DNA of 28,738 nt from a virus (Duplodnaviria; Caudoviricetes). Each line of letters begins with the position of its first letter. The first letter of the stretch is position 1. Below, in pieces: positions 16,114 through 25,984 of this stretch. The notes beneath the pieces are model-generated. The model had not been told where the DNA came from. It saw only the letters and a list, made by a program, of their open reading frames with translations, and ran no database searches. The translations under genes were made by a program, and so were the position numbers. Location: the IMG/VR virus record IMGVR_UViG_3300038318_000066, positions 1 to 28,738 of that record. One strand, 5' to 3'.

Positions 16114-16599
16114 GCAAAGCATTACTTTTAATGGGCGAATCAGGAAGTGGCAAAACTACCTCTATGAGAAATTTAGATCCTAAAGAAACGTATTATATCG
16201 ACTGTGATAAAGATGAGGCGGAGCAAAGAAAAGGGCTATGACAAGTGGATAGACCTTGCGCAGTGCATCTGGGATTTAGTGGACCATGCTTACGCTTTTA
16301 GGGATGATTTAACTTTAATATTCCTAGCACATACCCAAACAGAAAGAGATGAGACTGGATATACATTTACTAAGGTTAAAACATCTGGTAGGAAGCTAGA
16401 TAAGATTTGTTTAGAAAGTAAATTTAGCATTGTATTAGTCGCTAAAAAAAGTGGTGATAGATACATATTTGAGACACAAGCAAATAATAGCACTGCTAAA
16501 TCACCTATGGGAATGTTCACAGAATTAGAGGTTGAAAATGATATTACAAAAATTATAGAAGCTATGGAGGAAAATATAAATGATGAACTTAACAATTAA
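16110..16599 (+). pseudogene. AAA-type (Sak4-like) phage ATPase with an internal deletion and frameshift
   Basis: MSKALLLMGESGSGKTTSMRNLDPKETYYIDCDK (Walker A) stops at 16241; the C-terminal half (MRRSKEKGYDKW...AHTQ...AKSPMGMF) is in another frame; the Walker B segment is absent. Confidence 0.8.
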
Positions 16600-16954
16600 T
16601 ATTCAAGCACCAGAACTAGCGCACGCAATTGAAACACTCGCAATCGCAATAGGTTGCACAGTGGACAAAATAGGAGTAGGAGAAGCAATAAAAGAAGCGG
16701 TGGATCAAGGATCTACAAAAGAAACAGAAGAACCTGAAACAACTCCTGATGCAGACATGGTTGAAAATGAAGATCCGCCATTTGAAATTAAACCGATAAC
16801 AATTGAACAGGTAAGAGAAGCTTTTGTAGCTAAAAATTCAAAAGCGAACGCTCCAAAGCTTAAGGCTATACTCAAAAAGTATAAAGTAGCTAAAGTTACG
16901 GACCTACCAGAAGAAAACTTTGAAGATGTATTAAAAAAGCTGGAGGAGATCTAA
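16580..16954 (+). CDS. Conserved hypothetical protein preceding DUF2800
   Basis: C-terminal IT.EQVR......K..LK.ILKKY.V.KVTDL.EE.F motif. Confidence 0.75.
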   Translation: MMNLTINIQAPELAHAIETLAIAIGCTVDKIGVGEAIKEAVDQGSTKETEEPETTPDADMVENEDPPFEIKPITIEQVREAFVAKNSKANAPKLKAILKKYKVAKVTDLPEENFEDVLKKLEEI

Positions 16955-16955
16955 G

Positions 16956-18125
16956 ATGGCTAAACATGCTTTATTAGGCGCTTCATCAGCGGCTCGGTGG
17001 CTTAATTGCACACCGAGTGCCAGGCTGACAGAAAAGATAGAAGATACTATCAGCGAATATGCAGCTGAAGGTACTTTAGCACATAGCATCGGAGAAATGC
17101 TTTTAAGAATAGAACTTGGAGGTAATGACGGAGCTGATGTAGCAGAATTTGAGGAATTCTTAAAAGAAACAAGAAATAATAAACTTTACTATGAAGGAAT
17201 GGTTGATGAAGTTGAAGATTATACAGGTTATGTTATGGAACAGTATAACGCAGCACTAGCAAAGACTAAAGATGCAAAGATATTTCTTGAAGAAAAGCTG
17301 GATTATAGCACTTATGTTCCTTCCGGCTTTGGTACTGGAGACTGTATCATTATAGCAGATGGTGAAATGGAGATTATAGATTTAAAATTTGGTAAGGGTG
17401 TAGAGGTTAGCCCGGTTGACAATCCACAGCTAAAGCTATATGCACTTGGGGCTTATGAGAAATACAGCTTTATCTATGGAATAGAAAAAATAAAAATGAC
17501 TATAGCGCAGGTAAGACTTAACAACATATCATCATCAGACATCAGTGCTGAAATGCTGGAGGAATGGGCGGAGAATGTAGTAAAGCCCAAAGCCAAGCTT
17601 GCTTATGCTGGCAAAGGCGAACAAGTGCCTGGTGAATGGTGCACATTCTGCAAAGTAAAAGCTACATGTTCAGCCAGAGCTACTGCAAACATAGCGTTTT
17701 ATTCAGCTCACAGTGATAGAGATAAAAAGTTATTAGATATTGTTGAAATAGCTGAAATATTAGGCATGGCTAATGAACTTAAAAAATGGGCGGATGATAT
17801 ACAAGCCTATGCCCTTGAAACTGCTCTTGAAGGAACTAAATATCCTGGATGGAAATTAGTTGAAGGTAGAAGTAATAGAAAAATAACTGATGAAGATGCA
17901 TTAGCTACTAAACTTATGGCTGAAGGTTATAAGGAAAATAAAATTTATAAACCTAAGACATTAGAAGGCATTACAGCACTTGAAAAAGTTGTAGGTAAAA
18001 AGAAATTCGCAGAGCTTGCTGCAGGTCTTATAGACAAGCCACCTGGAAAACCTACACTTGTATCAGAGGATGATAATCGTCCTGAGCTTGACAGCATAGA
18101 AACAGAATTTGATTTTATAAATTAG
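16956..18125 (+). CDS. DUF2800-family Cas4-like/PD-(D/E)xK nuclease
   Basis: HALL.ASSA.RWLNC.PS, AAEGTLAH, GFGTGDCII, IIDLKFGKG, NPQL.LYALG, WC.FCK....C. Confidence 0.9.
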   Translation: MAKHALLGASSAARWLNCTPSARLTEKIEDTISEYAAEGTLAHSIGEMLLRIELGGNDGADVAEFEEFLKETRNNKLYYEGMVDEVEDYTGYVMEQYNAALAKTKDAKIFLEEKLDYSTYVPSGFGTGDCIIIADGEMEIIDLKFGKGVEVSPVDNPQLKLYALGAYEKYSFIYGIEKIKMTIAQVRLNNISSSDISAEMLEEWAENVVKPKAKLAYAGKGEQVPGEWCTFCKVKATCSARATANIAFYSAHSDRDKKLLDIVEIAEILGMANELKKWADDIQAYALETALEGTKYPGWKLVEGRSNRKITDEDALATKLMAEGYKENKIYKPKTLEGITALEKVVGKKKFAELAAGLIDKPPGKPTLVSEDDNRPELDSIETEFDFIN

Positions 18126-18137
18126 AAGGAGGAAGAA

Positions 18138-18605
18138 ATGAAGTTTGAAAAGTTTGTTAAAAGCTTGGGTGTCCATGGTGTAATTCATGAGAGACCTAAT
18201 GGTGAAAGATGGATAAGCGGTATGTGGGAAACTATGAAAATACCTGAAAATGCTACTGGCATTATGGCCAAAACTATTTCTAAAATGCCGGTTACAATTG
18301 AAAGCTTTATTAACTATGAGCATTCAGCTGTACCCTGTGAGTTATTTAGAGCTTATATGCCTGAAGGTGATTCGGGTATTAAGGACTGTATTAGGATTTT
18401 CAAGAGTTCTGACAATCAATTTGAATGCGGTATTAGAAACAATGATTATGCATTAATTGAAAAATCTGATGTGGTTGAAATGTATATTGGAATTAATAAC
18501 GATACATTCGAAGAAGAGCCGCAAGCAATTCTGATTAAAAGATTTATCACAGATATAAAGGATCCCGAGCTGGTAGGCTTAATTCTACCGTATAAGTGGG
18601 AGTAA
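18138..18605 (+). CDS. Hypothetical protein
   Basis: RBS AAGGAGG; 155 aa. Confidence 0.75.
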   Translation: MKFEKFVKSLGVHGVIHERPNGERWISGMWETMKIPENATGIMAKTISKMPVTIESFINYEHSAVPCELFRAYMPEGDSGIKDCIRIFKSSDNQFECGIRNNDYALIEKSDVVEMYIGINNDTFEEEPQAILIKRFITDIKDPELVGLILPYKWE

Positions 18606-18608
18606 ATT

Positions 18609-18806
18609 ATGTGTGAATATAAACTTTGGGGTGATACATACCAAATAAAACGGGATCCGACAACTAGAAATAAGTTCTACTGTGTCATGCAGAATCCATT
18701 TAATAAGACTGCTCATGACACAGTTGTCCTATGGTCAACAGGTATTAAGGCAATGAAAAACAAAATAAACAGACAATATAAAGAATTTAAAAAGGAAGGT
18801 AAATAA
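18609..18806 (+). CDS. Hypothetical protein
   Basis: RBS GGGAG; 65 aa; fills the operon gap. Confidence 0.6.
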   Translation: MCEYKLWGDTYQIKRDPTTRNKFYCVMQNPFNKTAHDTVVLWSTGIKAMKNKINRQYKEFKKEGK

Positions 18807-18807
18807 C

Positions 18808-19392
18808 ATGAAAGCAGTATTAAAAAATGAAACTAAAGTAGTAACAGGAAAGGTAAGATTATCTTACGCAAATATATTTGAACCAAAGAGCATCAATGGA
18901 AGTGATCCAAAGTATTCTGTATCTCTTATTATACCAAAGGCAGAAAAGCAACAAATAAAAGTTATAGAAGAAGCTATTGAGAATGCAAAACAAAGAGATA
19001 AAACTAAATTAGTTAATAAGAGTGGTAAAATTCCAGCTAATATTAAAACACCTCTTCGTGATGGGGATGAAGATAGACCTGATGATGAAAACTATGCTGA
19101 TTGCTATTTTATAAATGCAAATAGCACAAAGGCACCTGCAGTAGTAGGTTTAAAAAAAGATATAGCCACAGGCAAGGCAATTCCTCTTGGCAGTGATGAT
19201 GTATATAGTGGGTGTTATGCAAGAGTATCTGTAAACTTCTATGGATTTAATACAAATGGAAATATAGGAATAGCTTGTGGACTTGGTAATATTCAAAAGG
19301 TTGATGATGGTGAGAGATTAGGTGGGGGATCAAGCGCAGAAGACGATTTCGAATTCGAGGAAGTTGATGCAGAAGATGATTTCTTAAGTTAG
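18808..19392 (+). CDS. DUF2815-family single-stranded DNA-binding protein
   Basis: VRLSYANIFEP, KYSVSLIIPK, PLRDGD, VYSGCYARVS, GIACGLGNIQK..DGERLGG and an acidic tail. Confidence 0.9.
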   Translation: MKAVLKNETKVVTGKVRLSYANIFEPKSINGSDPKYSVSLIIPKAEKQQIKVIEEAIENAKQRDKTKLVNKSGKIPANIKTPLRDGDEDRPDDENYADCYFINANSTKAPAVVGLKKDIATGKAIPLGSDDVYSGCYARVSVNFYGFNTNGNIGIACGLGNIQKVDDGERLGGGSSAEDDFEFEEVDAEDDFLS

Positions 19393-19404
19393 GACGTGAG
19401 GTAA

Positions 19405-21381
19405 ATGCGACATTATCTAGGAATAGATATTGAAACTTATAGTGATGAAAATTTAAAGGAAGTTGGCGTATATAAATACGTCAACTCTCCTAACTTTATG
19501 ATTTTATTATTTGCATATGCTTTTGATGATGAGGATGTAATAGTTGTTGACTTGGCTTCTGGTGAAGAGCTTCCTGAAAGAGTATTAAGGGCTTTAACGG
19601 ATAAAAGCGTAATCAAAACAGCTTTCAATGCACAATTTGAAAGAGTTTGTATTAATAAGTTTTATGGGCTTAATACAATAAATTGGGAATGCACAATGAT
19701 AAAATCATGGTCATTAGGTTTCCCTGGAAGTCTTGACAAAGTTGGAGAAATAATAGGACTTCCACAGGATCAGAAAAAGTTATGGACAGGTAAAAACCTT
19801 ATAAGGATATTCTCTGTACCGCACAAGACAACCTCAAAAGAACAGGTTAGTTTAATGCCTCATACATATAGAGTTCTACCTGAAGACAGACCAACTGAAT
19901 GGGAGCAGTTTAAGGAATATTGTGGCCAAGACGTTGTTACTGAAAGAGCAATAAGAAAAAAACTTAATATGTTTCCGGAAATACCGGCTGAAAATAAACT
20001 GTATCAATTGGATCAGGCTATCAATGACCGCGGAGTAATGATAGATTTACAAATGGCTCAAGCTGCTATTGATATAGATACGGAACAAACTAACAGACTT
20101 ACATCAGAGTATCAGGAAGTTACAGGTCTACCTAATCCTAACAGCTTAACGGATCTTAAAAAATTTATTAAAGATAAAACTGGAAAAAGTGTTTCTTCAA
20201 TTACTAAAAACAATATGCAAGAGCTTCAAGAGAAAGCAAAAGACTATCCAGATATATTAAGAGCTCTAGAGATAAGACAAATGCTATCTAAAACATCCAT
20301 ATCAAAATATAAAAAAATGTTAGAAGTAACATGTGATGATGATAGAGCTAGGGGCTTATTACAGTTTTACGGCGCAAGTAATACAGGGAGATGGGCTGGT
20401 AGATTAATTCAAGTTCAGAACCTACCACAAAATCATATTAAGGACCTAGATACAGCAAGAAAAATTGTTAAAACTGGTGATTTAGACTTTTTAGAAATGA
20501 TGTATGACAATCCTTCTGATATATTAAGTCAATGCATTAGACCTGCTATAATACCACGTCCTGGATATAAATTTGCTGTAGCAGATTTCAGCGCAATTGA
20601 AGCAAGAGTGATTGCTTGGTTTGCTGGTGAGAAGTGGCGATTAGATGTATTTAAGGGCCATGGAAAAATATATGAAGCTTCAGCTGCTCAAATGTTTAAA
20701 GTACCAATTGAGTCTATTCATAAGGGGGATTCTTTAAGACAAAAGGGTAAAATAGCAGAACTTGCGCTGGGTTATCAAGGTGGCAAAGGCGCATTAATAT
20801 CGATGGGGGCTCTTAAAATGGGCTTAAATGAATCAGAGTTACCAGAACTAGTTAATCAATGGCGAGCTTCTAATACAAAGATAGTTAAGTTTTGGTATGA
20901 CACGGAAGCAGCTGTTATAGAAGCCGTAGAAAATAGAACAACAGTAAAGATTAAAAATAATTTAAAAGCTATTTATAAAAGTGGAATGTTATTTTTAGAA
21001 CTTCCAAGCGGTAGAAGATTGGCTTACGTGAAACCTAAAATAGTAGATCACGACAAATTTATGGGTAAAAAGAAAATAATATTTCAAGGCGTGGACTCAA
21101 AAACATATCAGTGGAAAGATTCTGATACCTATGGAGGTAAACTCGTTGAAAATATAGTACAGGCTACCGCTAGGGATTGTTTAGCTCATAGTATGCTGAA
21201 GCTTGATGAGGCTGGTTATAAGATTGTAATGCATGTTCACGATGAGGTTATTATCGAAATAGAAAAAGACAGGAATGAGCTTGAAACAATAACCGAAATA
21301 ATGGGACAAGAGATTCCCTGGGCAAGAGGGCTACCATTAAGGGCGGATGGTTATGAATGCGAATATTATCAAAAGGACTAG
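19405..21381 (+). CDS. polA: Family A DNA polymerase with a 3'-5' exonuclease domain
   Basis: DIET, NAQFE and YC.QD exonuclease motifs; TGRWAG; motif A DFSAIEAR; motif B RQKGKIAELALGY; motif C HVHDE. Confidence 0.95.
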   Translation: MRHYLGIDIETYSDENLKEVGVYKYVNSPNFMILLFAYAFDDEDVIVVDLASGEELPERVLRALTDKSVIKTAFNAQFERVCINKFYGLNTINWECTMIKSWSLGFPGSLDKVGEIIGLPQDQKKLWTGKNLIRIFSVPHKTTSKEQVSLMPHTYRVLPEDRPTEWEQFKEYCGQDVVTERAIRKKLNMFPEIPAENKLYQLDQAINDRGVMIDLQMAQAAIDIDTEQTNRLTSEYQEVTGLPNPNSLTDLKKFIKDKTGKSVSSITKNNMQELQEKAKDYPDILRALEIRQMLSKTSISKYKKMLEVTCDDDRARGLLQFYGASNTGRWAGRLIQVQNLPQNHIKDLDTARKIVKTGDLDFLEMMYDNPSDILSQCIRPAIIPRPGYKFAVADFSAIEARVIAWFAGEKWRLDVFKGHGKIYEASAAQMFKVPIESIHKGDSLRQKGKIAELALGYQGGKGALISMGALKMGLNESELPELVNQWRASNTKIVKFWYDTEAAVIEAVENRTTVKIKNNLKAIYKSGMLFLELPSGRRLAYVKPKIVDHDKFMGKKKIIFQGVDSKTYQWKDSDTYGGKLVENIVQATARDCLAHSMLKLDEAGYKIVMHVHDEVIIEIEKDRNELETITEIMGQEIPWARGLPLRADGYECEYYQKD

Positions 21382-21392
21382 GTGGTGAGACA

Positions 21393-23825
21393 TTGGAAAC
21401 TGATAAAGCTACTAACAAAAAAACAGATACAAGCAGAAAAATATTCATTGCTACAGGAAAAAGCAAGACCGAAGTAAAATGGAAAAATGTTCAGATATCC
21501 TATGAATCCCTCCTTGAGAAATTAAAAGTAACTACTAGAACTAGAGAGACTTTTAATGAATATAAGAAAATGTCTAAATCACAAAGAGACAGTATTAAGG
21601 ATGTTGGCGGTTTTGTAGGTGGAAGCTTAAAAGAGGGTAGACGTAAAGCAGAAAATCTGGCTAACAGGAGCTTAATAACCCTTGACCTTGACAATGTAGA
21701 TGTTGCAGTATCGGATTTATGGGACAGCATAACAATGCTTAACGATTTTGAAATTGTTATATATTCAACTCATAGTCATGAGCCTAAAAATCCAAGATTA
21801 AGATTAATAATACCTCTTGAAAGAGTAGTACTTCCTGACGAATATGAAGCAGTTAGTAGAAAGCTTGCTGAAGAAATAGGAATTGATATGTTTGATGATA
21901 CAACATATCAACCACATAGATTAATGTATTGGCCAAGTACTTCATCAGATGGGGAGTTTATATATAAAAGACAGGAAGGTCCTTGGCTTAATCCAGATGA
22001 AGTTCTAGATAAATATTTAGACTGGAAGGACGTTTCATTCTGGCCAGTAAGCTCTAGGCAATCAGTAAGAATTAACGCACAGATAAAAAAGCAGGAGGAT
22101 CCTCTAACTAAAAAGGGAATAATAGGCGCTTTCTGCAGGACTTACAGTATCGAAGAAGCAATAGAAAAGTATTTATCAGAGATTTATGCACCTACTAATA
22201 ATCCAGGGCGTTACACATATATAGAGGGCTCTACAGTGGGTGGATTGGTGACATACGAGGATAAGTTTGCATATAGCCATCATGGCACGGACCCAATAAG
22301 CGGGATGCTATGTAATGCATTTGACTTGGTAAGAATACATAAGTTTGGTGCAAGGGATGAAGATGCTAAACCTGATACACCAGTAAATAGGATGCCTAGC
22401 TTTACGGCAATGAGTGAATTTGCCGCAGAAGATGAAACTGTAAAAATGACCGTAGGATCTGAAAAACTTGAAGAGGCTATGGATGAATTCGGAGATTTAG
22501 ATGAAGATCCAGACATGGAGTGGATGAAACAGCTTGCCTATGATAATAAGATGAACCTCCGAAACACAATAGACAATGCGGTAATTATTTTAGAAAATGA
22601 TCCACGAACTAAAGACAAGCTTATTTACAATGACTTTTCCAACCGTGCCATAATTACTGGAAAGCTTCCATGGACGGAAAAAGGATATAGGCGTGATTGG
22701 TGTGATGATGATGATGCCGGTGTACGATATTTTTTAGAAAATAGTTATAATCTGACAGGCGCAGGTAAAATAGCCGATGCTATATCAATAGTATACCAAA
22801 AACACAAAATACACCCCGTAAGGGAATACCTTAATAGTTTAACCTGGGATGGTACTAGAAGAGTTGAAACACTCCTAACTGATTATTTAGGCGCTGAAGA
22901 TAACATATATACAAGAGCAGTTATAAGAACGCATCTGACAGCGGCTGTAGCACGTATAATGCGCCCTGGTTGCAAGTATGATACTATGCTCACTCTTACA
23001 GGTCCGCAGGGTATAGGCAAGAGTACATTCATAAGGTTATTAGGCAAAGATTGGTTTAATGATAGCTTGGATACGGTTAAAGGTAAGGAAGCTTATGAAC
23101 AGCTGCAAGGTAGTTGGTTAATAGAAATGGGAGAACTTACAGCAACAAGAAAATCTGATATCGAGGCAACAAAACTATTTTTAAGTAAGGCTGAAGATAT
23201 TTACAGGGTGGCTTATGGCAGGAGAACTTCCCGTTTTCCACGTCAATGTATATTCTGGGGTACTTCTAATGACCCACATTTTTTAAGAGATAAGACGGGA
23301 GATAGAAGACATTGGCCTGTTGATTGTGGCATTCTGATTCCTATAAAAGATGTATTTAAAGACTTAAAGAAAGAAGTTGACCAGATTTGGGCTGAAGCTG
23401 TTTACTTGTATAATTCAGGGCATAAATTATATCTTACAGGCGAAGAAGCTGATGAAGCTATCAAGCAACAAAAGGCACATGCGGAGGATAGCCCGAAGAC
23501 TGGTTTAATAGAGGGGTACCTTAATAAGGAATATCCTGCAAATTGGGATGAGATGAATTTGTTTGAAAGGAGAACATGGCTTGATGGTGAGAATGATGAT
23601 TTCGGAGCTGTGGCAAGTGAGAATACTATCAAGAAATATAAAACATGTGTGATGGAAATTTGGTGTGAACTATTTAAAGGAGATCCAAAAGCTTTAACAC
23701 CGATTTTAAGCAGAGAGATAAATGATATTTTACGAGGATTGGATGGTTGGGAACCAGCAACAAGTAGTTTAAGATTTGGAAAAATATACGGAACTCAAAG
23801 GGCATATATGCGTCAACAGAGTTGA
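21393..23825 (+). CDS. Primase-helicase with a virulence-associated E (VirE) domain
   Basis: N-terminal prim-pol-like LDLD...STHSH...RLR; Walker A GPQGIGKST; WLIEMGE; PRQCIFWGTSN...D.TGDRR. Probable TTG start at 21393. Confidence 0.92.
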   Translation: METDKATNKKTDTSRKIFIATGKSKTEVKWKNVQISYESLLEKLKVTTRTRETFNEYKKMSKSQRDSIKDVGGFVGGSLKEGRRKAENLANRSLITLDLDNVDVAVSDLWDSITMLNDFEIVIYSTHSHEPKNPRLRLIIPLERVVLPDEYEAVSRKLAEEIGIDMFDDTTYQPHRLMYWPSTSSDGEFIYKRQEGPWLNPDEVLDKYLDWKDVSFWPVSSRQSVRINAQIKKQEDPLTKKGIIGAFCRTYSIEEAIEKYLSEIYAPTNNPGRYTYIEGSTVGGLVTYEDKFAYSHHGTDPISGMLCNAFDLVRIHKFGARDEDAKPDTPVNRMPSFTAMSEFAAEDETVKMTVGSEKLEEAMDEFGDLDEDPDMEWMKQLAYDNKMNLRNTIDNAVIILENDPRTKDKLIYNDFSNRAIITGKLPWTEKGYRRDWCDDDDAGVRYFLENSYNLTGAGKIADAISIVYQKHKIHPVREYLNSLTWDGTRRVETLLTDYLGAEDNIYTRAVIRTHLTAAVARIMRPGCKYDTMLTLTGPQGIGKSTFIRLLGKDWFNDSLDTVKGKEAYEQLQGSWLIEMGELTATRKSDIEATKLFLSKAEDIYRVAYGRRTSRFPRQCIFWGTSNDPHFLRDKTGDRRHWPVDCGILIPIKDVFKDLKKEVDQIWAEAVYLYNSGHKLYLTGEEADEAIKQQKAHAEDSPKTGLIEGYLNKEYPANWDEMNLFERRTWLDGENDDFGAVASENTIKKYKTCVMEIWCELFKGDPKALTPILSREINDILRGLDGWEPATSSLRFGKIYGTQRAYMRQQS

Positions 23826-24081
23826 AAAGATTCTGTTGACACCAAAAATTCTGTTGACACCTAAACGTCAACAATGTCAACAGACGTCAACAGAAAATTT
23901 TGATTTTGTTGACACCTTAAAGTAAGTAACTGCAATAGGTTGAATGCTAACGTCAACAATGTCAACAGAATATATTTAAAAGAGGTAAAAATATAAATTA
24001 GGCGCGTATACGTATATATATATGTACCTAATATATAGGGTTTAGGGTATGTAAGGAAATTCTGTTGACGTTGTTGACACC
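23811..24081. repeat. Iteron-like array, probable replication origin
   Basis: 11 copies of GTCAAC/GTTGAC in both orientations around an AT-rich core, immediately after the primase-helicase gene. Confidence 0.75.
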
Positions 24082-24132
24082 CCATAAAAACCGCCTTGTA
24101 TGATATTCAACAGGAAGGATATTTATACAGAT

Positions 24133-24426
24133 ATGTTAGAGAGTAAAATTGAAAGAAAATTAAGAATACAAGTTAAGGCTATCGGAGGTAAAGCCTTTAA
24201 GTTTTCTTCACCAGGTAACAATGGATTGCCGGACAGGCTTGTTCTCTATAGAGGCAAAAGCTATTTTGTAGAAACTAAAAAGCCAGGTGAAAATTTAAGG
24301 CCGCTTCAAAGAGCTGTAAAAAGGCAGTTTAAAAAATTGGGTTTTGAGGTGTACAAAGTTGACCAGCTTGAACTTGTAGAAAAATTTATTGAAGAGGTGT
24401 TGCTGAATGAAGTTCATACCACATGA
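24133..24426 (+). CDS. VRR-NUC domain nuclease
   Basis: MLESKIE...GG.AFKF.SPG.NG.PDRLVL.....FVE.K.PG..LRPLQ. Confidence 0.92.
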   Translation: MLESKIERKLRIQVKAIGGKAFKFSSPGNNGLPDRLVLYRGKSYFVETKKPGENLRPLQRAVKRQFKKLGFEVYKVDQLELVEKFIEEVLLNEVHTT

Positions 24427-25756
24427 CTATCAGAAAATCGCAATTGAGTTTGCCTTAGAGCATCCAGCTTCAGGTTTATTCTTAGATATGGGTATGGGCA
24501 AGACTGTATCATCCCTGACTGTTATTGAAGAACTTAAAAACAATTACCTGGAAGATGTTAAAGCTTTAGTCATAGCACCAAAGAGAGTGGCTGAAGATAC
24601 CTGGCCAAATGAACATTTAAAGTGGGACCATCTTAAGAACCTTAAGATAGTAAAGATTATGGGTACACCTGCAGAGAGACAGAAAGTCTTAAAACAGGAA
24701 GGCGATATTTACATAATAACAAGGGATAACCTTGCATGGCTTGTTGATTTACTGGGGACAAAGTGGGATTTTAATATAGTAATTGTGGATGAGCTTTCAG
24801 GCTTTAAGTCAAATAAAAGTGTTAGATTTAAAAAGTTAAGGAAAGTAAGACCAAAAGTGCAAAGGATGATAGGTCTTACAGGAACACCAGCACCAAATGG
24901 CTATGAGGACCTTTGGGCGCAGATATATTTATTAGACAGAGGGGAGAGACTTGGAAAAACTATAACTGAATTTAGACGAAGATATTTCATAACACTTTAT
25001 AGACATGGTTACAATGAGTATGAGTTAAGAGATGGGGCCAAAGATGAAATTGATGCAGCTATAGGAGATATATGTATAAGCATGAAAGCAAAAGATTATC
25101 TGAAACTTAAAGAGCCTTTATACATTAATCGCATAGCTAAGTTAAGTAAAAAAGAGTTCGAACTGTATAAGACAATGGAACGTGATGCAGTTCTTGAGAT
25201 AGATGAAGAAGATATAACAGCACTTAATGCTGCAGCTGTATCAAATAAATTATTACAGCTGGCAAATGGTGCGGTTTATACGGAAGATAGAGATGTTATC
25301 CGGATACATGATAAAAAACTTGATGTCCTTGACGAATTGATTGAAGAGGCAAATGGTGAACCGGTGTTAGTTTTCTACAACTTCAAACATGACAAGGATA
25401 GGATCATCAAGAAATTTGGGAAAGACGTCAGGGTCCTGGATACTGATCAAGATATAAAAGACTGGAATGCAGGGAAGATTAAAATATTTCTGGCACATCC
25501 AGCTTCAGCTGGACATGGACTAAACCTACAGGCTGGCGGTCATATAGTGATTTGGTTTGGACTTAACTGGAGCCTGGAGTTGTATCAACAGGCAAATGCA
25601 AGACTGAACAGACAAGGGCAGACAGAAATTGTAAGAATATATCATATCATAACTGAAAATACGATTGATGAAAGAGTGCTGGAAGTTTTAAAAGGTAAGA
25701 ATGTAAGACAAGAAGAGTTGTTAAGAAAATTAAAAGCTGAAATTAAAGTGAGGTAG
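24407..25756 (+). CDS. SNF2-family helicase
   Basis: LDMGMGKT, DELS, GLTGTP, HPASAGHGLNLQ, QANARL.RQGQ. Confidence 0.95.
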   Translation: MKFIPHDYQKIAIEFALEHPASGLFLDMGMGKTVSSLTVIEELKNNYLEDVKALVIAPKRVAEDTWPNEHLKWDHLKNLKIVKIMGTPAERQKVLKQEGDIYIITRDNLAWLVDLLGTKWDFNIVIVDELSGFKSNKSVRFKKLRKVRPKVQRMIGLTGTPAPNGYEDLWAQIYLLDRGERLGKTITEFRRRYFITLYRHGYNEYELRDGAKDEIDAAIGDICISMKAKDYLKLKEPLYINRIAKLSKKEFELYKTMERDAVLEIDEEDITALNAAAVSNKLLQLANGAVYTEDRDVIRIHDKKLDVLDELIEEANGEPVLVFYNFKHDKDRIIKKFGKDVRVLDTDQDIKDWNAGKIKIFLAHPASAGHGLNLQAGGHIVIWFGLNWSLELYQQANARLNRQGQTEIVRIYHIITENTIDERVLEVLKGKNVRQEELLRKLKAEIKVR

Positions 25757-25759
25757 AAA

Positions 25760-25984
25760 ATGAATGATATAGAATTAGCACTAGAAGATTTAGACACATT
25801 AGTTGAAATTGCAAGACAACACATGAAGCTTACCCCTGAAGAAGTAATTTGCATTAGGTGGCACATGGGGGCATTTGATGAAAAGAGCAATTGGAAATAT
25901 TACAGTAAAGCAGTTAATCAGTACCCTAATGTTTTATGGACACATACCGCTGATATGATTGTATCACAGATATCGGGGGTGTAG
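25760..25984 (+). pseudogene. C-terminal remnant of an HD-domain protein fused to a short leader
   Basis: LTPEEVICIRWHMG...LWTHTADM; the N-terminal H...HD metal motif is absent. Confidence 0.6.

Noticed and set aside
16110-16599. Programmed frameshift or bypass in the AAA gene
   Set aside because: The Walker B region is missing altogether, so recoding could not restore a full protein; this is a deletion scar.
16956-18125. Cas4 as part of a CRISPR-Cas system
   Set aside because: It is the common phage DUF2800 nuclease in its usual replication context; there are no cas genes or array.
23811-24081. CRISPR array
   Set aside because: The repeats are 6-21 bp, irregularly spaced and in both orientations, with no unique spacers.
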